DNA from: Marsupella aquatica
Lineage: Eukaryota; Plantae; Marchantiophyta
Assembly: GCA_973895155.1 (NCBI GenBank)
Contig: OZ316893.1
Coordinates: 26,896,798 to 26,960,797, forward strand
Direction: 5' to 3'
DNA length: 64,000 bases
The notes beneath the pieces were generated by a model, which saw only the letters and a list, made by a program, of their open reading frames with translations, had not been told where the DNA came from and searched no databases. Positions 27,574 through 38,910 of this stretch are shown here, piece after piece (position 1 is the stretch's first letter; every line of letters begins with the position of its first letter). The translations under genes and the position numbers were made by a program.

Positions 27574-29366
27574 TCAAAATCTCTTGGCTCGTTGTAGAAC
27601 CCTATCACGCTCCTTAGCATCAACATTGCCACCAATGGAGCCACCATGCAAATATTCCAACACTCTCACATCGTTGTGAATATCTTGCTGTCCAAAAACT
27701 ACATCACCAACATCCATATCCGAAGACTCATCATCTACTCCATCCAATGAAGTAAAGTCTACAGATCCACTGCATGCTGGCACCCAACAAAGGAAAGCAG
27801 ATGCATGCCATCCTGGCACCATCTCCTTATCTGTCTCATCATGCCATCGAGCTCCAGTCTCATCCTCTTGACTGGTACATGGATTGCGGCTCAACCCATC
27901 CGCATCCAAATTCACTTTTCCAGGTCTATGCACAACCTGAAAATCATACTCCTGCAACAACAATGCCCATCGTGCAAGCTTCCCTTTAAGCTTATCAGAC
28001 TCCATTAACCACTTGAGAGGTTGATGATCAGTGATCAAGGTGAACAAATTACCAAATAAATAGCAACGGAAATGTGCCACAGCCCACACTGCTGCCAAAC
28101 ACTCTCCCTCATAAGAGCTATACTTAGCCTCTGCTGAATTGTTGGATCTACTGGCATACGCCACAACAAACTCATTCCCCTCATCATCCTTCTGAGTCAA
28201 CACTGCTCCAAGTCCTACTCCACTCCAATCAGTGTGAAGCTGAAATGGTCGCCCTGAAATGGGTCTTCTCAAAATAGGTGTTGACGCCAGTCTTTCCTTC
28301 AATTCTTGGAAAGCATGCTCCTGGTCGTCTCCCCAAATCCACTCCTGATCCAACTTAGTGAGTATAGTTAAAGGTTTAGCAAGCTGGCTAAATCCTTTAA
28401 CATACCTCCTATAGTAGCTCGCCAATCCCAAGAATGCACGAACTCTGCTCACATCAGTAGGACGAGGAATCTGTGTAATGGCCTCCAGCTTAGTCTGTTG
28501 CACACCCAATCCTCCTGGGTAGATAGTGTGGCCCAAATACTCAATCTTCTCTTGAAAGAACTTACACTTGCCGGGATGGAGCTTCAATCCATGTTCCCTC
28601 AATCTCTCAAACACAATCTGCAAGTGTCTAAGATGTTCTTCCACAGTAGAAGAATAAACCAAAATATCATCAATATAACATCTGACAAAATCCAAACCTG
28701 CAAGGATTCGATCCATGACTCTCTGGAACTCAGCTGGTGCATTCTTCAACCCAATGGTAAGAACAACCACTGATACAAACGATCTTTGCCATAAGAATCA
28801 ATCCCCCAGAATGCTATCTTGGACCTGTCAGAATGCCTAATTGGCAACTGATGGTACCCCGCTCTGAGGTCCAACGAACTAAAAATCCTTGCATGCCCCA
28901 CTGCATCAAAGATCTCCTCCGGTGTAGGCATGGCATATCGATCAGATTTTGTCTGACGATTAATAGGCCGGTAATCACCGCACATTCGCCTATCCATGTA
29001 ATTGCCATGCACATCCTTCTTGGCTGGCATCATTGTGGCAGATGCATACTCTCCGTATGAAATCTCCACCAAACCAGCTTCCAACAAATCTTGAGTTCTA
29101 CTCCGAATCAACGCCCTCTCCATATCACTATATCGGTATGGTCGTCGAAAGATTGGCGCATCACTAGCCAATTCAATCTGAATACCAGGGCCCTTCAATG
29201 TTCACAAATCCTTCATGCTAAATGCAAAACAATTCCAATAACTCTTCAAGAATTGATGCATTCGATGTCTCTCACCCCCTGTCAACTTAGGGCCAATTTA
29301 TGGCTCCCAACTCTCCATCAAAGCTGTGATGTCTTCCTTTGGTGTTGAAGAGATAGTCGGTGGTTG
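27574..29366 (-). pseudogene. Outer element reverse transcriptase and RNase H
   Basis: RMCGDYRPIN, LDLRAGYHQ, (F)GLKNAP, CYIDDILV, YLGH, LHTDWS, VAYASR, YEGECLA, TDHQPL, NLDADGLSR; frameshift near 28755, stops at 29202 and 29298. Confidence 0.93.
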
Positions 29367-29559
29367 CTATTTAGCAACAATTTGAGCAGTCCCAACCTGC
29401 TCAACAATCTGTCCTGCCTTGGCCAATCCTGCCATAGGTCCATGGGCTGTCTGCTCGCCCCCAGCTGTGGTCGCTACTGTCTCAGTAGACCGCAAGCTCA
29501 CCAACGGACGATCAGTAACACCAAAAGAGCGCATCCGCAATTGTTCAGCTAATCCCAAG

Positions 29560-30326
29560 CTGATAATCCAAGTCAAGCAATTCAAATCCATGGCTTGACC
29601 AAGGACTTGGCGGCGTGAACTCTCTAACACAGAGGCAACCGTAGTGGTGCCAGTCAAAAATCCCATAGCGCGCTCTCTTTTATCAGCAGTAGGTTCCACT
29701 AACTGCTGTAGAGTTGTATCCCATACAAGTCCAGGCCCACTTGCTCTGAATGCATATGAAGCAGAATGGCTCACAAAAGTGGGTAATGCACAACGTGGGC
29801 GACCAACTACATTGACCACTGCCAATGGAGGTCTATCAGGCTGGGTCACACCTTGTGCACGACGCCCTGGATCCAAAATATCATCCACCACCAAGGCTGT
29901 TGAGCGAGGAATGCTATCAAATGCTCGCTTCAACACCTCACAAGGTAACAAATTAGTCCACCACAAGCGTGGATGATGTGCACGAGAACCCACACGTGCA
30001 GCATCCAATAACACAGCAGGTCCAATCCAAGACTTAACCTGATGAACGCTGGCAACAAGTCAATGACGATCATCACCCAATAATGGCACATTCTCCAAAA
30101 TGTAGGCAGGGGAATGTGTCTGATGCAACTGAAGATGACGCAATACCCGTAACATCTCCCAAAACAATGCAGATCTTGGATCATGAAGTCCATGTCCAAC
30201 TCCACCTCTAGATTGACCCTGACATGGCCAACCCGCAATCATCAAATCAATGGGGCCAACGCGATCCACATGATCCGCCCCCACCAATGAAATATCAGCT
30301 GGCAATGCATGTTGATAACCACGAAC
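29560..30326 (-). pseudogene. Outer element C5 DNA methyltransferase, C-terminal part (motifs III-X)
   Basis: ADISLV, DLMIAGWPCQGQS, DPRSALF, ILENVP, AHHPRLWWTNL, RERAMGF, RRQVLGQAMD; in-frame TGA at 30060. Confidence 0.9.
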
Positions 30327-30546
30327 GACATGTCGTGACATATAGTATCGTAGCCATAGTGTATCGAAAACATACAAGTCACTGGCAATGCATATGTGCA
30401 AGCTGCTAGCAACCAACATCCTGAGAAAAAAGTCCAATCACATTCACAAGTGCCAAGAAAAAGCAACTGAGATGGTATGTACGTAGTGGAGGTGTAAACC
30501 TCTGTATCCCCCCCAGACCATAGTCAAAAGGAGGGCAGAAGAAAAT

Positions 30547-31850
30547 TCAGGTAGCACGTGGAGCACAGGAAGGGCAAAACCATAACCCTTTTGGCACCTG
30601 GGTAAGTTCAGGCCGAAGGCAGAAAAGATGGTACCCTCCATTGCAATTGTCACATAGCAGCATCTGGTCAGCATCATCAATTCGCAAACACACTTTGCAA
30701 GGGTAGTCCACAGGTGGAATCCAAGTAGAAGTCACAATGGTGGGATCCAGGTTAGGCAGATGACAAGGGGCGTAATTCTTGGCATTGTCAGCAATTGTGC
30801 GCCCATCTGCCCCTTGTAACTCTAGCACTCCAGACGGTCGAATAGCTTTGACCCTGAGAATAGTGCGACTGGTAGAGGTGTCCAGGGTGTCGTTAGCTTG
30901 CCGCTACAAGTACACAAAATCTCCCACTTCAAACTTCCTGACCTTGGGCTGAAAAGTGCCCCCTCGTGTGTGTGCATAACGCAGTGTGTCCCTGTGCTGT
31001 GCAATGGCCAAATTCTCCATGGCCATGGGCATAACCCTCCTGAATAGGGCAGCCCTCTCAGAGATCACATCAGACCAAGTCACAGCTGAATCCAAGTCCA
31101 CCACCTGAAGCATGTGAGAAGCAATAGCAGAAGGTGGAACTGGGTGACGACCAAACAACAAGAAGTAGGGAGAAAAGTTAGACAGTGATGCATGTCTAGA
31201 CATCCTATACCCCATGGCAATGTAGGGTAAGGCCAGGTCCCAATCCTCCTTGTTTTTGGTGAGGCAGATCTTCCGAAGGCCCTTCTTGCATGTCTGAACC
31301 ATGCGCTCTGCCAAGCCATCTGCCTGTGGGTGATCTCGTGATGTCCGGCGATGATCAATGAGAGCCTGATCAAGCAGCTCCTGGAACTCTCCTCTAAACT
31401 CTGAGCCCTAGTCAGTGAGACATTCTGCACAAGCTCCAAAGCGGCTGAGAACTTGTTGCAAGAATGCCTGGCTGGTGCTACGGGAGGTCTTATCCGGCAA
31501 TGCCACAAGTTCTATCCACTTGGAGAAATGCTCTATCATGATCATGATGTAGAGATTACCCCGAGATGTTAGGGGTAATTCTCCAGCCAAATCACATGAC
31601 CAACGATAAAACATGCCCTGAATAGGGAGTGGATGAAGTGTGGGTTGCCGAGATGTGAAAGAAGTCCTTACCCTATCACACTGCTCACACCGGGCAATAA
31701 CATCTCGAACCTGGCCATGCATGCCTCTCCAATGATAATGGGGGACCAAGAGGCTATAAGTCCTCTTAACACCAAAATGACCAAGCTCAGAATGTACCTT
31801 ACGGATAAGGCCAACCCTCTCATGAATGGGTGGAACCACCACTTCCCTGT
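30547..31850 (-). pseudogene. Inner element integrase plus C-terminal PHD finger
   Basis: HSELGHFG...CEQC, WSCDLAG, LTD*GSEF, DGLAER; PHD CKVC...CDNCNGGYHLFCLRPEL...WFCPSC; in-frame TAG at 31408 and 30904. Confidence 0.93.
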
Positions 31851-33540
31851 CTGGCAAGCATCGCACAAGATGATCTCCCTTCCACAAGTAGCGCTTGGAC
31901 CTTTGCTGAATTCGGTCTCTCTGGGCAGCAGTAACATGGGTGGGGTACTCCCCATCCTGCAGAAATCTCAGAGTGTCGCTGTCCTCCCATATGTCCACCA
32001 CAGGTTGGTCAACAATGTAGCATGGCAGCAAAGCAAGATAGGTAGATGCATGAAATGTAGGCAGGATGGAAACCTGGTCAAAATCCTGCCGTGCATCTGA
32101 GGGATCATCAGAGGCAATCAAAGGGCTGCGGGACATAGTGTCAGCATTTTGATGTGTCACACCAGGCCTATGAATTACCTCAAAATCATACTCCTGGAGT
32201 ATGAGTGCCCAACGAGCAAGCTTGCCAGTAAGCTTGTCGTTGGTCATCAACCACTTCAAGGGCTGGTGGTCGGTGTAGAGAACAAACCTGGTCCCATAGA
32301 GGTAGGGCCTGTAATGTATGACAGCCCACACAACAGCAAGGCATTCACCCTCATAAGAAGAATAATGACTCTCTGCCTGATTGTTGCTCCTGGATGCATA
32401 GGCAATGACGTACTCTTTACCTTCCTCATCATGCTGGCCCAGAATGGCACCAATCCCAAGGGCACTCCAATCTGTGTGTAGCACAAAGACCTTGTTGAAA
32501 TCAGGTCTTCTCAGCACCGGGTATTCTGAGAGCTTCTCCTTCAAAGTGGCAAATGCTGCCTCAGCATCTGTACTCCATGTCCAAGTCACATTCTTTTTCA
32601 ACAAAGCATACAATGGGTGTGCAATGGTACTGAAATCTTTGATGTAGATCCGGTAGTAATTGCACAACCCAATAAAACTCCTCAAAGTGTGAACATCGGT
32701 AGGAGTGGGCATTTCCAAGATGGATACCACCTTGGCCCAGTGAGCCATGGTTCCATTTGGAAGAATGCGATGCCCAAGATATACTACTGATCTGACAGCA
32801 AATTCACACTTCTTGGGGTGTATCTTTAGGTTCACCTTCTTAAGCCTCATGAATAGCTCCTCAAGGTCAAGTAGATGCTGGTCAAATCCTTTGCTGTGGA
32901 CCAACACATCATCAATGTAGCATTTCAGAAACTCAGCACCTTGCAGAACCTGGTCCATGACTCTTTGAAAGAATATGGGCGCATTCTTCAAGCCAAATGG
33001 CATCACCAACCACTCCCATAGTTGGTTACTACCATGGAAAGCTGTTTTCTTGCGATCCTTTGCAAGCAGCAAAATCTGGTTGAAGCCTTGCCTTAGATCC
33101 ACAAGAGTGAAGATGTCTGAGTCTCCAATGCTGTCAAATATCTCCTCTGGCCGCGGCATGGGGTACCTGTCCTGGGGTGTGACCAGGTTCAATGGCCTAT
33201 AGTCCCCACACATGCGCTTCTCTGTCCACAATCCATTGGAATCCTTCTTTGCTGGCATCACTGTAGCTGCCGCAAAATCTGATGTAGATGGTTGAATAAG
33301 ACCAGCTTCATAAAGCTCTTGGCACCTCTCATCCACCAGCTGCCACTCATGCTTACTCAAACGGTGTCTCTGCCTAAAGATAGGTGTTTCATCAGCCAAC
33401 TCAATGGAGAACTGCATAGTCTTGCACTTACCCAAGTCCTTCATAGAGAAAGCAAACACATTCTCATGCTTGAGGAGCAAATTCAGCAGCTGGTCCTTCT
33501 GTCTTTTACTCAGGTGGTTGCCCATGATAAATGTGTAGTT
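31851..33540 (-). pseudogene. Inner element reverse transcriptase and RNase H (uninterrupted within the 969-aa ORF)
   Basis: RMCGDYRPLN, VDLRQGFNQ, MPFGLKNAP, CYIDDVLV, YLGH, LHTDWS, IAYASR, TDHQPL, NADTMSR. Confidence 0.95.
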
Positions 33541-33869
33541 AGCAACACTAGGAATAGGACCTGATGTACTCGTGCTTGAAGAGCCAGAAGTGCCAGCCTC
33601 TCCACTGTCCAAGCTGCTAGCATGCTGCTGATAAGGTAATGAGGCCTCTCCAAGGCCTGTTGTATTTGTTGCTCTGGTCTGATCCACACTATGAAACTCA
33701 GAAATAATGTCAGCCACATTACAAGGGACCTCCTCCCCCCCAACACTTGGACTGAAGCGGTGAGTGTTGAATAGAGGTAAGTGCACCTGGTCTGGATGCC
33801 ATGTAGCAGCACTGTGGAGGGGTAGGGCTGGAGCTCCTAATGCTGGAGGAATGTACATCTGAAAAAGGA

Positions 33870-34825
33870 TGCAAGTGACCAGAAGCCAAGTGAGAGCATT
33901 GAGATCCATTACCCTGCCAAGTAAAGCAGTCCTGGCCAGCCTGGTGATTTTGGTGTGACCTGTAGTACCGGGTTGGAAGCCCATAGCCCGTTCTCTCTCC
34001 TCAGGACTAGGTTCATCCCATGTACCGGTAGAATGTCGATAAACCAGCCCAAGACCATCACCCTGAAAAGCATGTGCACCTGGAAAGGACACAAATGTAG
34101 GCCAAGCAGCACGGGGTTGTCCAATGGTATTAGCTGGATACCAAGGTGCTGGCTCTTGCCGTGTAACTGGTTGGCAAGAACTGTCAGGATCCAAAATCTG
34201 GTCCACTGTAAGGTTAGTGTCCCTGGATGTGTGGTAAAGAGCCATCTCCAGCAAGGAAGGTGGTGCAAGGTTAGTCCAAAAGTTACGAAGACGATGTGCA
34301 TAAGAACCACAGTGCACTGCATCAATGAGAAGGGTGGTCCCAAGTAGTGCTGGACCACACTGAAATCCTCTTTGACCTGTGGACGCTGGTCAAACTGAGA
34401 TGGAGTATTCTCAATGATATAACCAACAGCAGGATAAAGGGATTGAGCCCAGGTGAGAATCTGAACCAATGCTGTAAAAAGGCCAGAACGAGAATCATGC
34501 AGTCCAGCATCGTGACCAGCAGCTGAAAACCCTTGGCATTCCCAACCAGCTATGATCAAATCAAGGGAGCCAAGAAGGGTTAAGTGCCGGTGCTGGACAA
34601 GCTGGATATCTGGAGGAAAGAAAGAAAATGCAGACTTCCATGCACTGTGTGAAAACTGCTGAGGAAATCGCTCTGAAAATTCCAGCAGACGGGATTCAGC
34701 CACTTGCCTTGCACTTGGATCAATATCCACATAGATGTACTGCTTCACCACCATGCCAGACTTTAGGAGAGCTTCCAAGCCTGTAGAAATGCCACCAAAA
34801 AGCTCAAGCAATGTAAGGCCATCTG
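33870..34825 (-). pseudogene. Inner element DNMT3-like C5 DNA methyltransferase domain (motifs I-X; frameshift near 34328)
   Basis: LELFGGISTG, YVDID, PDIQ, LIIAGWECQGFS, DSRSGLF, IIENTP, YAHRLRNFWTNL, ERERAMGF, RTALLGRVMD; the C-terminal half shares one ORF with RT-RH-INT. Confidence 0.9.
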
Positions 34826-34883
34826 AAGGAGGAGTCCAGGTAATTGGTGCGCTCAAGATTGGGGCTATTGGTTGTCCATTATG

Positions 34884-37800
34884 CTACCCAAGGTCCTCAA
34901 ATTTGTGCAATGCAGCCACCAAAGGTCCATGGGCTGCTTGGAGCCGTTGTACCACCTCTGGTTGATGATCCACGTTGCTGGAAAGTGCTGCTATACGTGC
35001 AGCAGCATGTGCAATAGCCACCTCATCATCATCCTCCTCAATCCAATCCTGCAATGGGTGGTTGACATAGGTAGCTGTGTGCACTGCTTTCAACACACAG
35101 TGGTGAGCCATAGGGGTATGGGCACCATGCAAATCAAGTGGAATGTAGCCCAAGTGTGAGCCATCCGTATGCCAATCAACTCTGTAGTATGCATGCTCAT
35201 GCCAGTTGTCAATGGTAAAACCTGGTGGGAACAAAGCCTCCTGGCCAATGAGCACATCATACGTAGTGGCATTGGTAACCAAACATCTGACTGGGAAATG
35301 CAGTTCCTGATCTGTACCTCCATTAAAAGTGAGAGTGAGTAAAGTAGAACTCTCACCCAGCACATCCTCCACAGTGCCACTAGCAGTCCGAATGTGCCAC
35401 CTGGATTGTTGTAAATGATCAGTCAGCAGTCCCATCTTCTTGGCAAACTGAATGCCCAAGATCACTGGTTGAGCGCCTGTGTCTAGCATGACCACTTGAG
35501 GAGTGTGACCCTCCAACTTGACTGCTGAATTCCTGTTGTCAACAATGGCAATGGTGGTGGAAACTAAAGTCCTGTCACTAGGCACCACTTTTGGCAAATG
35601 ATGAGGTACCTTGTGAAGGGAGTTAGTGTCCACGGTCTTCCCACTCAACAGCATAGCTAGGAAAGATGGAGCAGCATGACCAGAATCAAGTGTAGCTCTG
35701 GTCACACAATCTGCAGCAATAATGTCATCTCTACCACTGGAAATCGGTACTGGGATAGCCAAACCAGTGGAAGCATGCAGTGGAGAAGAAGAAGGTCCAG
35801 TATGTACATGAGATTGGACCTCCAAAACCGGTGTCACAGGGGCTGATGAAGAATGCAGTGAGCCCTCTAGCGCTCTGATGACAGCTCTAGCATCCAGCTG
35901 TAAATCCTGGCAACTGAAAAGTGGAGTGGTAAGAATCCTTTGTGCCATACCGGAGGTGAAATGCTCAAGCAGCTCAGGAAAGACAACTCCCTGTGAAATG
36001 TCAGCAGCACCTGGTGGTGGAATGGATGTAGCTGCAGCTCCCTCCCCCCTCGCCAACAAGGTGCGCTCTTCAGCAAGTGTGAGTGGCTGAAAAGATTGGG
36101 GCATGACAGCCCGAGCTCCCCTGGCTCTAGTCATAGGACCAGCAACAAGACCATCAGCCTGTACAATGCGGCGTGTGGGAGCAATACGGGAGGCAGCACT
36201 GGCCTGCTGGTAAGCAAAATAGGAAGGGCAGAATGAATCTGAAAATTCTGTTGTAAGGCCAGGCTGTGTAGCAGAGGAGAGCACACACACTCACCCATAT
36301 GAGCATCAAATGGCAAGCCATAGAAAGAGCGGGGTATGGGTGCTGAACTGTCAGTGGTGCCTGGGCCAGGGATGGGTTGCACGTGACCAGCCGGTTGAGA
36401 AGGACCAGTAGAGGTAGTGGACTTGCCTTTGATGTTGGCAAGTTGGGCACGTAATGACTCAACCTCATGAGTCAGAGACTGGAGTTGAGTTGCCTGTGCG
36501 TTGTGAGCCTCCTTCTGAGCTGGTTGCTTCTGTTGTTGCTTGGGCAATTTGTGAGCACTAGATGCTTTGCCACTGGAAGGAGGAGCAACTGATGCAGTAG
36601 GAGCCCTCCTAGCTGGTGGGGGAGTGGAAACAGGAGCAGGATGGGTGGCCTGCTGTCGTAGCTGCTTCCTCTCGGGGAATTTAGCAAAACAAACTGCCTC
36701 CAAGTGGCCCACTTTCCCGCAAAAATCACAAGATAGGTCCTCAGCAACAATATCACATTCATTAGCCTTGTGATTGGGGTTACCACAGTAGTTGCAAGAT
36801 GGCAGCATGAAAGCAGCATGGGCTGGCTTGGTCTTGGAACCATACTATGGCACACGGGAAGGAGTGGCCAATGTAGGGGCAGCAGCCTGGTACCTGGATC
36901 GCGGTGGATGCGCAATACTGGCCTCATAATGTGCATGGGCCAACTCAAGTTTCTCAACAGTATCATAGACATTGAGCAGGGTGTAGCTGTCTCCAAACTC
37001 TGAGAATACTTGCTGCAACACTTGCGAATGGAGAGCTGGTGTGCCCTCCAATGCGCGAAGATAGCGATGAGCAGCTTCCAGGTCAGTGATGCTCTGGGTG
37101 TCTTCCTTCAGCTTGAGAAGCCGGCGATACAGCATCTTCAATGTTTCATCGCGCTGCCTCACAAAGGTGGCCAACTGCATGATTTTGTCAGCACTCTTGA
37201 TTGGGAATTCCAATTCAAGAACCTGGAAAAACTCAGCCACGGGATCAGCAAAGGCAGGGGAATCAATGGTGGGAGAAATGCCTGATGTAGCCTGTGCCAA
37301 GACAGTGGGAGTAACTGGTGCAGTGGTGGGAATTGGAGTAGGAGGGGAAGTGGCAGGAGCAGCAGCATGGGCTGCAATGGCATTCTGTAATGCCAGTTGT
37401 GAGGCAGCCGCAATTGCAGTGGCATAGGCAGGGTTAGGCATTTGTGTGACAGCAAGCAGCCGTTGAGAATGCTGCTCATACACATCCAAAGCCTCGTGGT
37501 GCACATACCTGGCTAGCTACTTAAATGCAAAAGCATTTGTGAAATTGCTGCCATACTTCAACTCCAATTCGTAAACGACAGTGTAGAAAGTGGATTTGAA
37601 CTCACGCAAAGAAATAGTGCCTGGCCGCCCGCTGAAGCGTTCAATGCGGCCAGATGAGTGGTTGACGTCCATGCTGTATGTCGGTGAAGCAGGAACAACC
37701 ACGGATGCAGAAGGAGTAAAGGGCAAAGATGTAATAGCAGGCTTCAGGGTAGTGGTGAAGCGACCGCCAAATGTAGCAGAAGGGTTGCGTGGTGTGGGTG

Positions 37801-37936
37801 CTGCTGTTGTCTGCTGACGCCGACGAAATTGTCGAGACTCCAATGAAATTGGCACCAACGGTCGTGGATCACTCCGCAAGTGGTACCTGGGTGTCGGTGG
37901 CGATGAGCTGCTACGAGTCGGCTCCTCTGCTGACAT
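34884..37936 (-). pseudogene. Inner element Gag (two CCHC knuckles) and aspartic protease
   Basis: ERFSGRPG, F.RQRDETLKMLYRRL, CNYCGNPNHKANEC and CDFCGKVGHLEAVC, MLDTGAQP...YDVLIG; in-frame TAG at 37517, 36845, 34884; (TG)n slippage frameshift near 36285. Confidence 0.9.
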
Positions 37937-37946
37937 GCTGCATGCT

Positions 37947-37960
37947 CACCTGGGGTGCCA
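37947..37960 (-). promoter_or_regulatory. PBS-like sequence TGGCACCCCAGGTG just upstream of the inner gag ATG
   Basis: Starts TGG, is preceded by CA-T, and ends 10 nt before ATG 37936; from memory it resembles the complement of a tRNA-Arg(CCU)-type 3' end, not verified. Confidence 0.45.
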
Positions 37961-38574
37961 ATGGGAAAGAAACTGACAAGAAAAAGAAATGGCAACCCCA
38001 AGGCTAGGAAATGAAACCCACAAAGGAAACAAACAATGCGAGGCAGAAATGGGTAGAATGTGTAAGCACGGAGAAACCGTCACCGGAGAAAAAGGACCCT
38101 TAAAACCACCAAATTTTCCCTTGTCGCACTTACCTATGTGTATACATAAGCAAAGCAAAGAATAAGGGAAAACGGGCCCCTAGAACGTGAAAGGAGGGCC
38201 CCCTTTACATGTATACCTCGGGCCCCTTGTGGACCCGGAAACTGGCAACAAAGGTATGCAAAAGTAGGTGGGACGGTCGTCGCACGGCGAAGGAGCAAAA
38301 AGACCAAAAACTAAAAGAAAAGGACCCCAATTAAGTGTATACACATGGGGGCAGGGCGTCGGCAGAAAAATGGTCGTAGTGGGGACCGGCCACGGTGCCT
38401 ATGCACATGCCCTCATGTGAGTCGAAAGACTCTGCAATCGTCGCGCAGCGGACGAGCAACCATGGGGAAAAAGAAACAGAAGAAAAACGGCTTTGGCAAG
38501 GGCGAAAGGAATAGACGAGACCCAAGGCGAGGCGAGGAAAAAGAAAACGGTCCTTTAAGTGCTCGAGCCCTGCA

Positions 38575-38910
38575 TAGGGCTTTGCGCACCCTCCCCCTCC
38601 TCTAATGCTGCCTAGGGCCTCGTGCCTGGCAGGACTGTGACTCCCGAGAGGAGGGAGTCGAATGTACTCCCCCTCTAATATTGTATTGGGCTTCGTGCCC
38701 TCTCCTGGCAATCTCGCTCCTCTCCTGCTCTAATTAATGCCTCATAGGCCTTCGTGCCTGGCAGAAAGACTCCTGTGGGAAGGAGTCGTATGTACTCCCC
38801 TTCCCCCTCCTGTTAATGCAACATGGGGCTGCGTGCCCTCTCTTGGCACTCGCTTCCCCCTCCCCTCTTTAATGTGTCATAGGGCCTCGTGCCCTCTCCT
38901 GGCACTCGCC
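38575..38910. repeat. Degenerate ~65-bp tandem array in the inner element leader
   Basis: TAGGGCCTCGTGCC(TGGCAG / CTCTCCTGGCA) variants near 38575, 38613, 38687, 38746, 38824, 38880. Confidence 0.75.

Noticed and set aside
33870-34825. Host DNMT3/DRM gene or bacterial contamination
   Set aside because: Intronless, fused in frame to RT, inside TSD-bounded element and repeated at the same position in a second family
36280-36295. Programmed gag-pol frameshift
   Set aside because: Explained by a 2-nt expansion of a TG run, and the outer element is continuous at the equivalent position
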